In this document: one piece after another, positions 43,328 to 57,216 of the stretch
Layout of the letters: every line of letters starts with the position of its first letter
Position numbering within the stretch: position 1 is the stretch's first letter
Assembly: GCA_000182565.2 (NCBI GenBank)
Contig: KQ257451.1
DNA: 64,000 nucleotides
Strand: one strand, 5' to 3'
Origin: Spizellomyces punctatus DAOM BR117
Taxonomy: Eukaryota
Position numbers and translations under genes: made by a program
Notes under the pieces: generated by a model
The model's database searches: none
What the model saw: the letters and a program-made list of their open reading frames with translations, nothing else
What the model was told of the DNA's origin: nothing

Positions 43328-46300
43328 TCACTCTTTGGACGACGCCATAAAATGCTTCAAAAGCTCTTTCCCATACAACCTCCCAACCTCCCCAGCCGTC
43401 CTAGGACACTCTACAAACCCCTCCCCAAGCACCCTCCTAGAATTCTCCCCCAAAAACCTCGGCAAAACCACCCTCGTCTGTCTCACATGCCTCACATAGT
43501 GGGCAAGAGGCACCATTGGATTCCGGACATTGTTCTGAACTTGGCGCTCAAATTCCTTTTGCCATTCTTCCAAAGGTATGATTTTGCAAGGGGGTACACC
43601 GTCTGGGATCATGGATGGGAGATCCGCCCATGTGAACCTGTTCATGAAAGCTCAAGACAACGACACCCATAATGACAAATAAACAAGAACAAAAAAAAAA
43701 AAACTCACATTTCGGGATTCGTAATGTGAAAAACGGGGACATGCCATGCTTGTTGACAAGCCCCCAATGCAACAATCAATCCTGCACACCAATCCACGGG
43801 TGTCACCGAGAAATGAAAGGGGACATTGGGTGCCATGCCCATTTCGCAAACAGCCAAGACAAACCGCCAGACAAAACTATCCAAAGAAAGAACTAATAAC
43901 CAAAATCAATACCACAAATAAAAGCCATTTCAACGGAATATGTTAAAACGTTTACCTCCAGTTTGACTACTCCCACCCAACGTCGCAGGTCGAATCACCA
44001 TGACGGGTACACCCCTCCCCCTCGCCCTCTCACAAAGCACTTCGGCAATCCATTTGGATTGAGCGTACCCCGTAAATGTGCTTTGATCGAGGTCATGGAT
44101 GTTGTGGGATTCCGAAATGGTTTCCAGGCCCGAAAAGGCAAAGAGCTAATAGTTATTAGTGTTTAGTTTAAAAAGTGTTTTTTTTTTTTATTGTGTTTTG
44201 AGAAGAGTGAGAGACAACGTACGTTTGTGGATGAAATGTATTGAACGGCTTTAAGGCGATATGTCGTCGCAAGACACAAAATTTCTTTGGTGCTGGTACT
44301 GTTGACAGAGAGACTTGCATACGGTTTCAAATGATCCGCCTGTTAAAACACAAAATGAATCAATGATTGTTATTTTCTCGGCAATTACGCATTTTCCAAA
44401 GAAACTTACCACACCCGCAGCATGCACGATCCATTCCACACTCTGAACAGCCCATTCCCAATCCTCAAAACTCATTCCAAGCCGTTCACGACAACACTCT
44501 CCCAAAATAATCTTTATCCGATCCTTCCACTCGGGTTTCCACACCAGAGCTTGTTCACAAGCGTTTTGGATTCGGTCTAGACCTTGTTGGGGTGTCGATG
44601 CACGAACGAGACATGCGATCGTGGCTTTTGGGAATCGATCAAAGAGGGCAGAGAGGATGGAACGACCCAGGAAGCCTGTTGCGCCTGTTAGGAAAATGGT
44701 GGGTTCCGTCGTGTGTATCCCCTTATAAATGAGATCTCCTGCGGAAATGGATGTATCGTCCAAAGCGTCGACTTGAGAAATGCAATTAAAGGTCGTATCA
44801 GTTATCAAAGCAAGTTTCCGTTCATCAGATCGTTGCGAATCGACACCGTTCAATGTGGTCGCTTTCTTGGCCGCAGCAACATTGGCTAAATCCCTCAACG
44901 CCCGAACCGATACCGGTCCCAATAACTGAAGCTGCGATACATGAACGCCCAACTCTGATTCCAAAACCCCACTCAACCGACTCGCAGATAAAGAATCCAA
45001 CCCAAGTGAACTGAGATGAACCGTATCCTCCACAGTCGATACATCCACATTCAGGATTTTTGTAATGAGCTTTCCAACCGGATCCTCGGTTGTAGATTCT
45101 TTATCATGGTCCTTGTCATCTACATGCGTCACGAGATGTGCGATACTCGTTTGATTCGCTTGTGATATCCCATAACTAATCTTCCAATTCAACTCGGGGA
45201 TCACATACGGGACATGTTGTGAACGTCCCGTTAGCGTTCTTGCCACTGCTTCCTCAATTTGTTGGCACAGTTCACTCGATGTACACGCCAACGCGTCCAG
45301 GACTTGAAGTGCCGCACTGTTTTTCGAGGCACGTAATGCGGCAAAGACGCCAATATCGGATATGGCGGGTACGGCAAAGGAAATGACGTTAGAGTAATCA
45401 CGAGCGTATCGGTCAAAAAAGCTTTGAGCAGCGTTATAATTCGATTGACCGGGATTAAAAAACAAGGCAGCCGTTGACGAAAACAGGAATAGGAAATCCA
45501 ATTGGTGGATTGGCACGACGTTTTCGAGCGTTGCGAGTGCCCCGATTTTGGATTTGTTGACTGTTTCGAACTTTTCCGGTGTCATGTTTACAAAGAGGTC
45601 GTCGGCCAATACCACCGACATGAGAAAAATCCCACCAAGAGGTCCCACTGCATTCGCGGCTTCCACGACTTTTTTCATGGCGTGTTCGTCGCATGCATCC
45701 GCAGCCATGAATCGAACGTTAGCACCCCTATAGTGCTCATCCCCAATAAAACTCTCAATCGTCAACCGATCGACTCGATCAACTACACCCCTCCGCCCCG
45801 TTAAAATCACATTCCGCGCCCCATTCGCAAACAGACTGACAGCAAGTCGCGGCCCAAGACCTCCACATCCACCCACCAGTATATACGATTTCCGAGGATC
45901 GAATAACGGACGTGGTCGATACATCCTCATCACACCTGGTTGCCCACTCAAATCCACGACAATTTTCCCGATATGTTTCCCGGATTCCATGAGTCGGTAT
46001 GCCTCTTTCAACCCCTCAACCCCACTAAACCCGTGACAATAGAGCAATTTAAATGGCGTACGATTGTGTTGGGATAGAACGGTATCGAGAAGCTGACTCA
46101 TGGATTCGGGTTGGAATTTACTAAGAGACCCGAGTTCAACCGCAATGTAGGATGTGGCTTTTGCGAAATGGGACATGGAGATGGGTGTACCGGATAATGC
46201 GTCGCGTTTGGAAATGTCAATAAAGCGGCCGAGAGGGGCGAGCATGGCTTTTTTTGAAAGAGGTTGAGGAGAGGTCAAGAAACGACTAAGCGAAACTGAT

Positions 46301-49300
46301 GGAAAAAAACTTACCACACCCGGCTTGTAAAGCCGTCCCTTGCAACGAATTCAGCACAACATCAAACCCCATTCGCCCTCGTTTCGCCAACCACGCTTGC
46401 CCCTCCCTCACCCACGTCTCTGTAGACCTCGACGTACTCATGGCCTCAAACTCGACTCCCAACTCGTCATGAAGAAACTCTCGTTTCTCTTTTGACCCGA
46501 CCGTACAAAACACTTGACAACCCACTCGCCTCGCTACTTGAATAGCAGATACCCCAACACCCCCCGCCGCCGAATGAATTAAAATCGTTTCACCGGGTCG
46601 TATACGAGCTTTTTCCATTAGGCAATACCAAACCGTTCCATACGCAATCGGGACCGCCGAAGCTTCCATCATGGTCATCGTATCTGGTATTTTCGAGACC
46701 AACCACTCTAAAGTAACGGCTACGGATCCTTCTCGGGATAGCCCCGTGGTACCCATGACACGATCCCCAACAACGACTCGCGAAACACTCGACCCAACAC
46801 TGCTCACCACCCCCGCGAATTCGGATAACCGGTCGGTATCAGGTAACAACCCCGAAGCCGATAACACGTTTTTGAAATTCAATGCAACGGCTTGAACACG
46901 GATTTGAACGTCATGTTCATGTAAGGGTGGTGGGAAATACCGATGAGGAACCAACGCATTGATCCCCATTTCACCCGATTTTAAATCCAGTACCCACTCT
47001 CCACTCGTTTTTTCGTTCGTTAATGACGGAACACGCACAATTCTACGTGAATACACGTTTGATCCGCGTATATACGTAAAAGGCTCCACTCCACCCCGTT
47101 TCTCAACATCCATTAAACAGTCCAACCAGTCTTGCTTTATATTCGCAGGTGTGTTGGGTTCGAATATGATTGCGTAGCAAGTGAGGTTTGGGTACTCGTT
47201 TGTTAGTGTTGCTGAGAGGGCTGTTCCCATGGCTCCTGTCGGTGTATCCTCTGTTAGGATCCAGAGCGTGCCGGTTGGGTTTTGGCCGAGGTCTTTTATA
47301 GCGTGCACTAGGTCCATTTCGGTTCCGGGTGTATAGTGGTATACGAGTGTTGTTGGGGTGAGTAAATAGAGGGGTGGGTGTGGAGTTTCAATGTGTGGAC
47401 GCTTTCTGGGTGCCATCCACAATTGTGCGTTTTCGTTTTCTTTTGATGTTGGCGTTCCGTTCATCTTTGTCAAGTCTCCTTGGCCGAAACCACCAAGCTC
47501 ATGTCCTTTATCATCCAGAGTTGACCCGTTCGTTCCATTCATCTTGAACCCTTCCACAACACCATTCTCATGTGAAGACCCATCCGAAGAAAGTGTCTCA
47601 AAATCACTCCCATCCGACTCGGATTCCACATTGGGTACCTCTCTATACCCAAAACAAGAACTCGTCGGATCCCGTTGTGCGGAAACAAAGAGGTGTGGAC
47701 CGACGGATTCGAGAATGTGGGGATGGATAAAGGGGGTTGTTGTGAGGGTTGTTTTGTAGTGGGTTGGAGTGTGGAGAGGGGTTGGTGTGTTGATGAACAT
47801 TTCGGCTTAAGAAAGAAAGAGAGATTTAGGGGGTGAAATGTGATTAAAAGATATGAAAGAAGGAGAAACGGTACCGAGTAAGGGAAACCGAGTCTTGAGC
47901 GTCGTGGGATTCAAATCGGACGTAAAGATGTATCCACCGGGTACCTTTCCAAAATATTCAAGAAAACAGTTAGGAAAACAAGCACGAATATGAATTGAAC
48001 AATAAACTTACCAATAACCCAAGAACAACACCAAACCCCTCACCATCCAAAAACTTTAACACATCCACCCCAACCACCACATCAAAACTCGCCACCCGAC
48101 ACCTCGACTCACCCTCCACACCCGCCCTCACATCAATCCTATCCATCCCATTGGACCGTCCGAGATTCACACCAACGATATCAAAATGCATGTGTGGATG
48201 CGCGGTGATCATGTCGGACCAGTTTAGACGGCGTTTATGGATGTAGAGGTCCAAAATGCGCAAAACGCGGCGGTTGTGGGTTTTTGAAATGAGGTTGTGA
48301 AGGGTTTTTTTGTAGTGGGTTTCGAGGGGGGTGATGAATACTGGGATTTGATCTTGAGAAAAGAAAATGTAAAGTATGTGAGTTAAGAATACGCCAGAAA
48401 AATAAAAGTAAAAAAAAAAAAAAAAAAAACTTACATATCCGATCCAAAAGCTTCTCCTTGCCCAACCCCTCCTTTTTAACTCTCTCCAAAACCTCCCTAA
48501 CGGCCTCCTCCCCCTCTCTTCCATGTCCACGCACATCCATCCTCTTATCATCCCACGAACCATCCACTTTAGCACTCAAAAACCGTGGCTCCCACACAGC
48601 CGTATAAGCATCCTGAACTTTTCTTGCTTTACGAACCATATGCGAGATCTTGCCTTCAACGACCACAAGCATTTCCAAAGTATCCGCGTCGAATAGGTAG
48701 ATATTTTGGATGGAGATCCGGTTCGTGTTACTGATATCCTTTGAGTGGATCAATATGCGTTTTGCGGATCGGATTTGGTCGTTGGTGGATGTTAGGGATA
48801 TATAGTTGATTTCGGAGGGCATGTAGGTGTCGACGAGGGTTCGGGTGCCGGTAAATGGGAGCTACCATCATAAACAGGTGGAGTTGTCAGTTGCAAAACC
48901 CAAATATTTTGGACGTGGAAAAAGGAAACGTACCGACATGCCCCATCCCGTTTGACACGCACAATCAAGTATCGCCGGATGAAGTACCATCCCCTTTGCA
49001 TGCGTATTCCAAAGCTCATCCGACACCTCCACAAAAGCAATAAAATCCTTCTCCCGGGTAGAGGACCCCCGAATCTCGGTAATCATGGCAAAAACTCCCG
49101 AATACTCTGCACCCGTCCCAGCAATAATGGAATAAAACCTCTGCCCATCCATAACGAGATCAAAATCGGTCATGAAATCTTGTCCGAGATGTTCGAGCGC
49201 GGTTTGAGGTGTATGCACTGATTCCATGACAAACTGTCCTGTTGCATGGACGGTATCCAACACCACACCCGAATCATTCACGACATTTTTGGACGAACTG

Positions 49301-52300
49301 CAGAATTCCCATTCGTTGTTGATACCCGTTTCACGGAACCCGACGTATTTGGGGGGATCATGCTCGGAAAGCATCAACGCGCGTTGAATACGGACGTTAC
49401 GGAGTGTTCGGGCGCCGTGTTCGAGAGCGGCTTCAATGTACCCCGTCCCAGGGAAAATAACGGCTTTTGAAATGGTGTGGCCTGTTACCCATGGGTGGGT
49501 TTGGGGGCTCATGCGAAAGAGGGGGGCGCAGAGGGGTTTGGGAGGGGGTCGAGTGCGTCTGTAGGTGCTTATAGGACATTCTTTATGTTCGACAATCTTT
49601 AATGGATGAGTGTTTTGAGTGACTTTTAGAGTGTATGCGTTTTTTGGTTTACTTACTGTTTTTTGGAATGGGTAGCTGACGGGTTTCTTTAATAGCATGT
49701 CGTGGCCCATTGGGACGTCGTATCCAGCGAGTCCAGTCAGTACACGCAAATTAATATTGCGCACACCGGCGACGAGGAGTTTCCCAACTATTGTATGTGT
49801 GCATATATTCAATCAGAAAAAATAAAATCAACTCTTGGTTCGCAAAAACTTGAACTCACCTGTGTCCAAAAACTGCGTATCCTCCACAGGATCATTCACA
49901 CCTTGTCCAGTTTTCGGATTCGGCCTCCGAGCACACGCAGCCACCACCGCAGGTTGCACGTTCACGGACGCAGCAATTTCCCCAATATACCCTTGCAAAA
50001 CGGGATGCGGCGCCATTTCAATCACACACAATGATGAAGCGTTACCTTCCTCTTTGTGCTCTTCAAACAGGGCTTTGATCGCATTAGCAAATAAAACGGG
50101 TTTACGGATATTATCCCAGCAGTAGGCCGTGTCGAGGGGTTGGTTCTTTGGATGGAGCCTGCCGTGAACGGTGGAAATGAAACGTGTTGTAGGGACATTG
50201 CGTGAGCTGTTGAGGACCGGTAAGACGGCTTTTTGGAAGGCTGCAGAGCAAATGTCGACTAGCGGGGAGTGGTAGGCACCACCCACTCGGAGTTGTCGTG
50301 CGAAAATGCCTTGGGATTCGGCTTGTTGGACGAGCTGAGGTGGAGTAATAGACAATAACAAGATATGAGTGGGTTTTGGATACAAGGCATACGAAAAGCA
50401 AATAGATTCACTTGTTTTTGTTTATCTCTTACCTTGACAATCAAATCCTCATTCCCCGATACTGAAACAGCCTTGACAGAGTTCACAGCACTAATCCACA
50501 ACCCTCGAACACCACCTCCATCCCGGTCCCCACTCAAAATTTTTTCAATCATCTCATTGGCTTGAACTTCATCACATCCCAAAGCCGCCATACCGCCTTG
50601 TGAATTCTCCACCATTTTCAACGCCTTGGCACGCGCTACTGCTAAATGCACCGCTTTGTGACGATTGATTGCACCGGACGCATACATGGCCGCGATTTCG
50701 CCGACACTGTGTCCCAATACCACGGAGGCTGCGACATTTAAGCTTTTCCAGAGGTCGTAGAGGGCGATTTGGAAGATGACGATCGAGAGAACTACGGCTT
50801 CAACAGGCCACGATGCGTCAGGCCCAGTGGGGAGGGTACACTCGTACGAATCAAACATGCCGTATTTTTTGATAAAGGAGCCAAAACCTATTGACTGCAG
50901 TACACCATCGGAAGCAAGAACCGAATCACGAAATGCTTTGAACCGGTAAAGGAATCTGCGGCCCATTTGGGGGTACTGAGGACCTTGCCCGGAGAACACA
51001 AACGCAATGAACGGGTCGCTCGTAAATAACGGTGCGGCGGGTTTTGAGAATGCTTGTTCAAGTTGACTAGTACCGGATGCAGGGATGACGGCGTACGAAA
51101 GGAACGGGTGCCCACGAGCTCGGTCTCCGAATACCCTAGAAATCACCACTCGCTCACGCGGGTCCGTTGCTTCCTCCAGAAACTCGCAAACATTTTCCAC
51201 AACTCTTCCCACCGACCGCGCAGAAAGTGCACCCACTGCAATCAGGATAGAATCCTTATCATCGATATCCATAATCGGAAACCGATCACCACCATGCGGC
51301 ATACGCTCCAAAACAGCATGCGCATTCGCACCACCAAACCCAAACGAACTAACACTCGCAACATACATCCCATCTTGAGTTGTTTTCCATTTCGGAATCG
51401 GCTCTGGGTCAGTTTGAACCCGGATGCGAAAATCGGACCAGTGGATCTGGGGATTCGGTGTGCTGAAATGGATCCCCGGGAGAATCACGCCCGAGTCGAG
51501 GATCAGTGCGGCTTTGATGAGACCTACGAGTCCTGAGGCGGTTTCCAAATGACCCACGTTGGTTTTTACAGAGCCGATACTGCGAGACTTGATCAACACA
51601 TTGCGAACTTGGGGATATGTAGAAAAGGAAACTCACCTTAGGATATCCTCTTTGGGTCGATTTTGTGAAAACACTTGTCCGAGTGTGTTGACTTCAATCG
51701 GGTCACCAACGGGGGTACCCGTTCCATGGCACTCTACGAAAAAGGCATCGGTAGGATCACGGCCTGCATCCTTGTACCTATATCCATATCAAAAATAACT
51801 CGTATCAGATCAAAGAAACCAAACTCATCATGAATAAAAGTGCATTACATACGCTTGAAGTGTCGCATCCATCTGCATCTTGGCATCCGGCATCGTCAAA
51901 CTCAATCCCCTCCCATTAGCATTAACAGCACTCCCAGTAAGAACCGCATAAACATGATCACCCTCCTTCATCGCCGCATCCAGTCGTTTGAGAATAACCA
52001 CCACACAACCCTCACCACGTACATAACCATCCGCAGCTGCATCGAACGCATGACAACATCCAGTTGGGGAGAGGGTCCCGAGTTTACTGAATCCTTGCGA
52101 TGCCTGTGGGGTGAGCATGATGCTGATACCGGCTACTACGGCTTGGTCACAGTCTCCAGCGAAAATGGCGTTCCGTGCAGTATGCATCGCTGAGAGACCA
52201 CCTGAACACGCAGTGTCGACAAAGATGGAGGGTCCACGGAGGTCAAAGATGAAGGAAACGCGGTTCGGTTGCATAGACAGGGCGGTGCCGGTTGCTTTGT

Positions 52301-52952
52301 TCATAAAACGAAAAGAAGTGAGCAAGATAGTTTCGCCAGAGTACGAAAAAAAAGAATACATGTACTTACAAGTATAATGAGACAAATCATACTCGTCCGA
52401 CTGGATACTACGCCCCTCAAAAGATCCAGCAACAAACACGCCAGTCTTTGTACCCCTGTACTTGACACCAGCGTCTTCAAATGCCTGAAGCGTCGTCTGA
52501 AGCAGCATATACTGTAGGAAACGTGAGAAAAGGAAGAATGGATTGTAAGCGGGTGACGAAGGCTTTTTGGAATTTCGCAATGGTTTGTATTGCACCTGGT
52601 GGACATCGAGTTCCCTGGCTTCGTTGGGCGAGACTCCAAAATCTAAAGCTGTGTAGCAACAGGGAAGAAAAAGTATTAGATTCCAAATACATAGTGTACA
52701 TAAAAAGAGGAATTAGGATTCCGTACCATCAAATTCCCGATACTCATCAAGAAAGCCAGCCAAATCCGTGACAATCTTTGCCGGTTCTTTACCAGGACCA
52801 GTATACGTCTCCGCATTCCATCTATCAGCAGGCACACGCGAGATCCCAGACCGCTTCGAATGAAGGAGGTTGTAGAATTCCTGTTTGTTGTTGGCGCCGG
52901 GAAGACGGAGGCCGATGCCGATGATGGCGAGGTGTCGGTCGTTGGACGACAT
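43328..52952 (-). CDS. Iterative highly reducing type I PKS: KS-AT-DH-(pseudo-MT)-ER-KR-ACP-R (multi-exon)
   Basis: [140 protein letters not shown]. Confidence 0.95.
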
Positions 52953-54612
52953 GTTTTGGGCGTTACTTTTGTTTGGATTTAAATGTGGAATAAGGTGTTG
53001 GAATTGTATATAGGTAGACTTGATGGGCTAGTGTAGACTTGATAGAAAAGCACTGAGCCAGAAGAGGACCTACCCAATAATGGAGGGGGGAAATGACCTA
53101 CCTACGACCGACTTTAAATAAACCAGTCCATCAAGACTTGCTCTACAGAATGTCAGCAGACAAACTCTGTCAAGTCCTCCACATGGGCTGCAGAGCACAC
53201 ACCAGCACGCAAACTACCCTTTACCTATTAGGTTCATAATTCTCTATTTGCAGTAAATCGCGCATATCGTTCGTAGGGTAAACCGAGGCTTTTCCCGCAC
53301 CTTAAACGTTTTCTATCAGCGGCTTGTCCCGTTCGCGCCAGCTCCCAAGATCGGGATACAGGCAAGGCGGTTATCGTTTCCTTTTCGCAGCCTGTCCTTT
53401 GCAGCGTGGGTGGCATGTTAGGACCGCTGAAGGGAATAATAATGGTCACTACAATGGAAACGTGCGCGACCACCAACTACAAGAGTGACGCATACATTGC
53501 TCTTGCGCAAAAGAGAGCTGTCTCTCGTCCAGGTTTTACGACTGGCCAGAGTTTTTTGGTGAATCGGCGATACGCGCAAAGCCCGGCACGAGGGAAGGGA
53601 GTACACGACTGTCAACCTGGGACTGTCAAGCATGGCTCCAACGGGAAGATAACCGCCATGAACAACCTCCGTTTCACATGAATCCTCCATTCTACTGAAA
53701 ATCCCATGTTTGAAAAAAGAAAAAGAAAAAAAGATGGAAAATCAAAGGACACTGCGGTTGAAGTCTACCCCTCAACATGGAATGACAGCACCCCACGCGT
53801 CTCTCGTCCACCTGCGCGGATGCGCGGAGGGAAACGGCAGCCGAATGTGGGGGAAATGCACCAAGGTACCGTTTATGCGGGCGACATCGAATAAGGGACA
53901 TGACCGAATAGCAGTCAAAAGTCTAAAATGTATTTTTCTACGTGTCAAGTTTTTGACCAGATATCAAGATACAGGAGAATATGAACGCATTTCTCACACA
54001 AAGTTCAAGAAATACGGGAACCAGATTGTTGTTTAACCCAGTCCTTTGATACAACTTGCTGTCGTCGCTTGTACGGATCTGCTATTAGGACATGCAACCG
54101 CAGATCATTTACGTAATCAGTCCAACGCGCGTCTGACAGCACATGGTTGCCCCAACCGTATGTCCCTCAACCGCGCATTGTCCATTCCATCCGCCAATCT
54201 GGCAGTGAAAGATTAGGGGCTTATGGTGCTTGTGGATCCTTTTTTGGTCCTTGTGTTTTTTTGTTTTTTTTTTGCTGATTGGTATCTAGGTGCTCAAGAG
54301 AACGGGGCCCTGACAAACAGAAAGAAATAAAGTGCAGGATAGATACAAGCCCCAGTTATCGATATGTCAATGTCTTTTTACATTTGTTATATGTGTGATG
54401 TGACATGAACTGTTGGTGTGGTCATTGAAGCTATTAGTTTCCCAAACACACTTTGTATTCAATTATCAAGGCAAATGTGTAGACTTGGAATACCAAGATC
54501 TGCACTCTAGATGTTGCTAATGCTAACATATGGCTGCTTGTGATCTTTCGCAAAGCATATGCGCAAGATCTTGCAATCAATACGACGCATGTCACTGTCT
54601 ATTTGCAGTACG

Positions 54613-54768
54613 ATATCTTTATGTTGGCGATGGCTTGCGGAAGGGTCGATTGGGATCCCGCAAATGCAGTACTCGCAAACCCCTAATATTCAACATATCC
54701 TCACGTTGGGAATGGCTTGCGTAAGGCCCAATTGGGATCTCGCAATATGCACTGCTCGCAAGCCCCTA
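54613..54768. repeat. Diverged two-copy tandem repeat, period 82 bp
   Basis: ATATC..GTTGG..ATGGCTTGCG.AAGG..ATTGGGATC.CGCAA..TGCA..CTCGCAA.CCCCTA starts at both 54613 and 54695. Confidence 0.85.
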
Positions 54769-54868
54769 CTATAGCCACCTACAAGGATCATGCCAAATGC
54801 CAATGTCAAAGATGGCAAAACACTTTTTTGATTTACGGGATGGGGTATTCCTATTATGCACGATTATT

Positions 54869-57216
54869 TTACTCAATTTCATCCTGTACATATTTTACAA
54901 TTTTTTCTACATCGCTCGCAAAGGCTTGTCGAGTTTGTGCAAGGAGGTTGTAAAGTGCGTTTGTTTCTTGGGTGTGTTGTGTACGTGTCGACTCGAGGGT
55001 TGCTGTGGTTTATAGAAGTTTCAGTTTAGAAGATGACTAAAGAGACGTCGTTTACGTACTCTTAAGTCCCTCGTTTTCATCACGAAGAAGATCGAGCTTG
55101 GAAGCCAAACGATCCATCTGGTAATGAGTGTGAGCAAACAAACCCGGACTGCGTGCTTTTTTCAATATACGTACGTCCGTCTCCTCAGTCTTTTTTTGTT
55201 CGCCATTCTTGCGGTTCGCTCGTTTCAATTGTGCTTCTAAATAACCCATTATTACCATCCACAAAGTCAACTCCATATATCGTCACGTACCCATTCGACA
55301 CATTTTCTCTTCCACATGCGCCAATCGGGCCTTTGTATCCTCTTGTAAGGTTTTTAATTGTTTATTTTCAGCAGAGAGGTTTTTGAGGGTTGCTTGGAGG
55401 CTTGTGATGGTGATATCGTGGACTGCGTGTATATGTCAGTCCGCATTTCTCGCGGTTATGGGGCATATATACCTACCGACTGGGGATGCCGCGCTGTGTT
55501 GGGATGTTGGTATGGGGGTGGTGAGAATGGCAGATGAAGCGTCCCGTAGGTTATTGATCTGTTCAGCTTGTTCTCGAATGCGTTTGTCCTATTCTACGCG
55601 TAAATAGAGGAATTTAGGCTGATTGCAATGGGACTAGAGCCACCTTGGCTTCAATAACAGATAAAAGTTCTTGATCTGGCTGTTGGTCTCGTTTGGCCTA
55701 AGTGCGTTCAAAGCGATTGAGTAAAAGCGGAAAAGTGATTAAAACCAACCAACGTACCTGGAGACTCGCTACTTTGGTTTGAAGCACTGAGACGAGTTTG
55801 GAGGATGATGATGTTTTCTGTAGGAGGGTGGATAGCGTAGTCTTGAGGGTTTGGTTTGCTTTTTCGAGTGTTCTACAAGGTACTTCATATTGAATACGCC
55901 TTCTTCCAAAATACTTTTGAAAAAAAAACACAAACCGGTTCCTAGCTAGTAATGCCTCCACTTTTTTGACAAGGCTCGCATGCTCTCCTCGGAGGGTTTC
56001 CAATTCCTTTTGAACTTTGTCCTGGGCTGCACGGCGGGATGTTTCGAGTTTGCGAATGTTGTTGGTAGTGGGTTGGGGTGGCGGTGTTGTATGGGATGTT
56101 TCCGAAAGTTTGGCCTAGGAGTTTTTGTATTGCTCCGTCATTTTGCATGTTACTGTGCGGGTGTAAATAAGTTTTTCGCGTACCTTCAGAACCAGAATCT
56201 GCTGTGCACGTCCCTTCCATCCACTCCCCTCCTCAAGAACCTAATGTACGCCAAAGTCTCAGCTCATCGGGTCATTGCAATCGTACAGAAATGCTTTGCT
56301 TGTATACCTTGTTCAACGGCACACTGTCGCCAACCTCCTGCTTCAATGCCTTGGTGAGCAGACGATTCTCAGATCGGAGGTTTTGATTTTGGGTTCGTTC
56401 TTCTTCGAGCTTACGGGTTGTCTACCAAAAAAAGTGGTAAGGTCATGTAGCGATATGTTCCTTAAAGGCACTAACGGCTCACCTGTGACAATTTATCTTT
56501 CAATGCCTTGATTTGCATATTTGACCTCTCTGTGTCGTCGTTTACTGGTTTGACAACGTTCGGCGTGGCATCTTCTTCTAGTTGCTGTTATGATCTTAGC
56601 TCTTGGATACAGTTGCAAGTGTGAGAATAAACGTACCTTGATTCTAGCATTGAGAGCAGAAGTGCGGGAACGTTCCCTTTCGAGTGCAAGGTTCAATCCC
56701 CGTACCTTATGGCATAATTGAGCATGAAGATCCTTTAACCAATCTAATCTGGCCAACCTACTTTTTTGGCCAGGGCAATGATCCGTGTTTCACGGGTTGT
56801 GGATCGAGCTGTATCGAGGAGTGTGTCGTCGTGATCTAGTTTAAGAGGGGTTGGTTTGTCTGTTGTGATATCTATGACAGGAACAGCGTACCCTACCGAC
56901 ACTTTCACCAAGCACTTTGACTCTCTCGCTTGCAGAGTCATTGTGCATAAAATGGTGGAGGTTGAGGATCTGATATGTTCATGTGGGTAAGCGTTCGGGT
57001 TCACGATGACCGTGATGGAACTCACATCGTGATGTGCTTTAGGAGGACAAACGCTGCGTGCAAGATGTCGCTCTAAGAATCCTTATGCATTAAACCATAG
57101 ACCAAAAATAATTGTACCTCCTGCCACCTCGTGTTGGCTTCAGTCACATCCAAAAACCCGAGAATCAGCACCTCATGATTCGTTGTTGGTTTAACGATAG
57201 CACCTCACCTTGCCAT
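54869..57216 (-). CDS. CCDC13: CCDC13-like coiled-coil centriolar/ciliary protein (multi-exon; start uncertain)
   Basis: Spliced RIIALAKK|VRGLNLALERERSR, KALKQEVGDSVPLNK|VLEEGSGWKGRAQQILVLK, and the C-terminus ENEGLK..LYNLLAQTRQAF. These parallel remembered CCDC13 motifs (KIVELSKK; REVGED..WRGRAQQILVL). Confidence 0.75.

Noticed and set aside
44251-44340. Apparent stop or frameshift in the PKS R domain
   Set aside because: The ORF track reads through an intron. After splicing, the frame is continuous ([39 protein letters not shown]).
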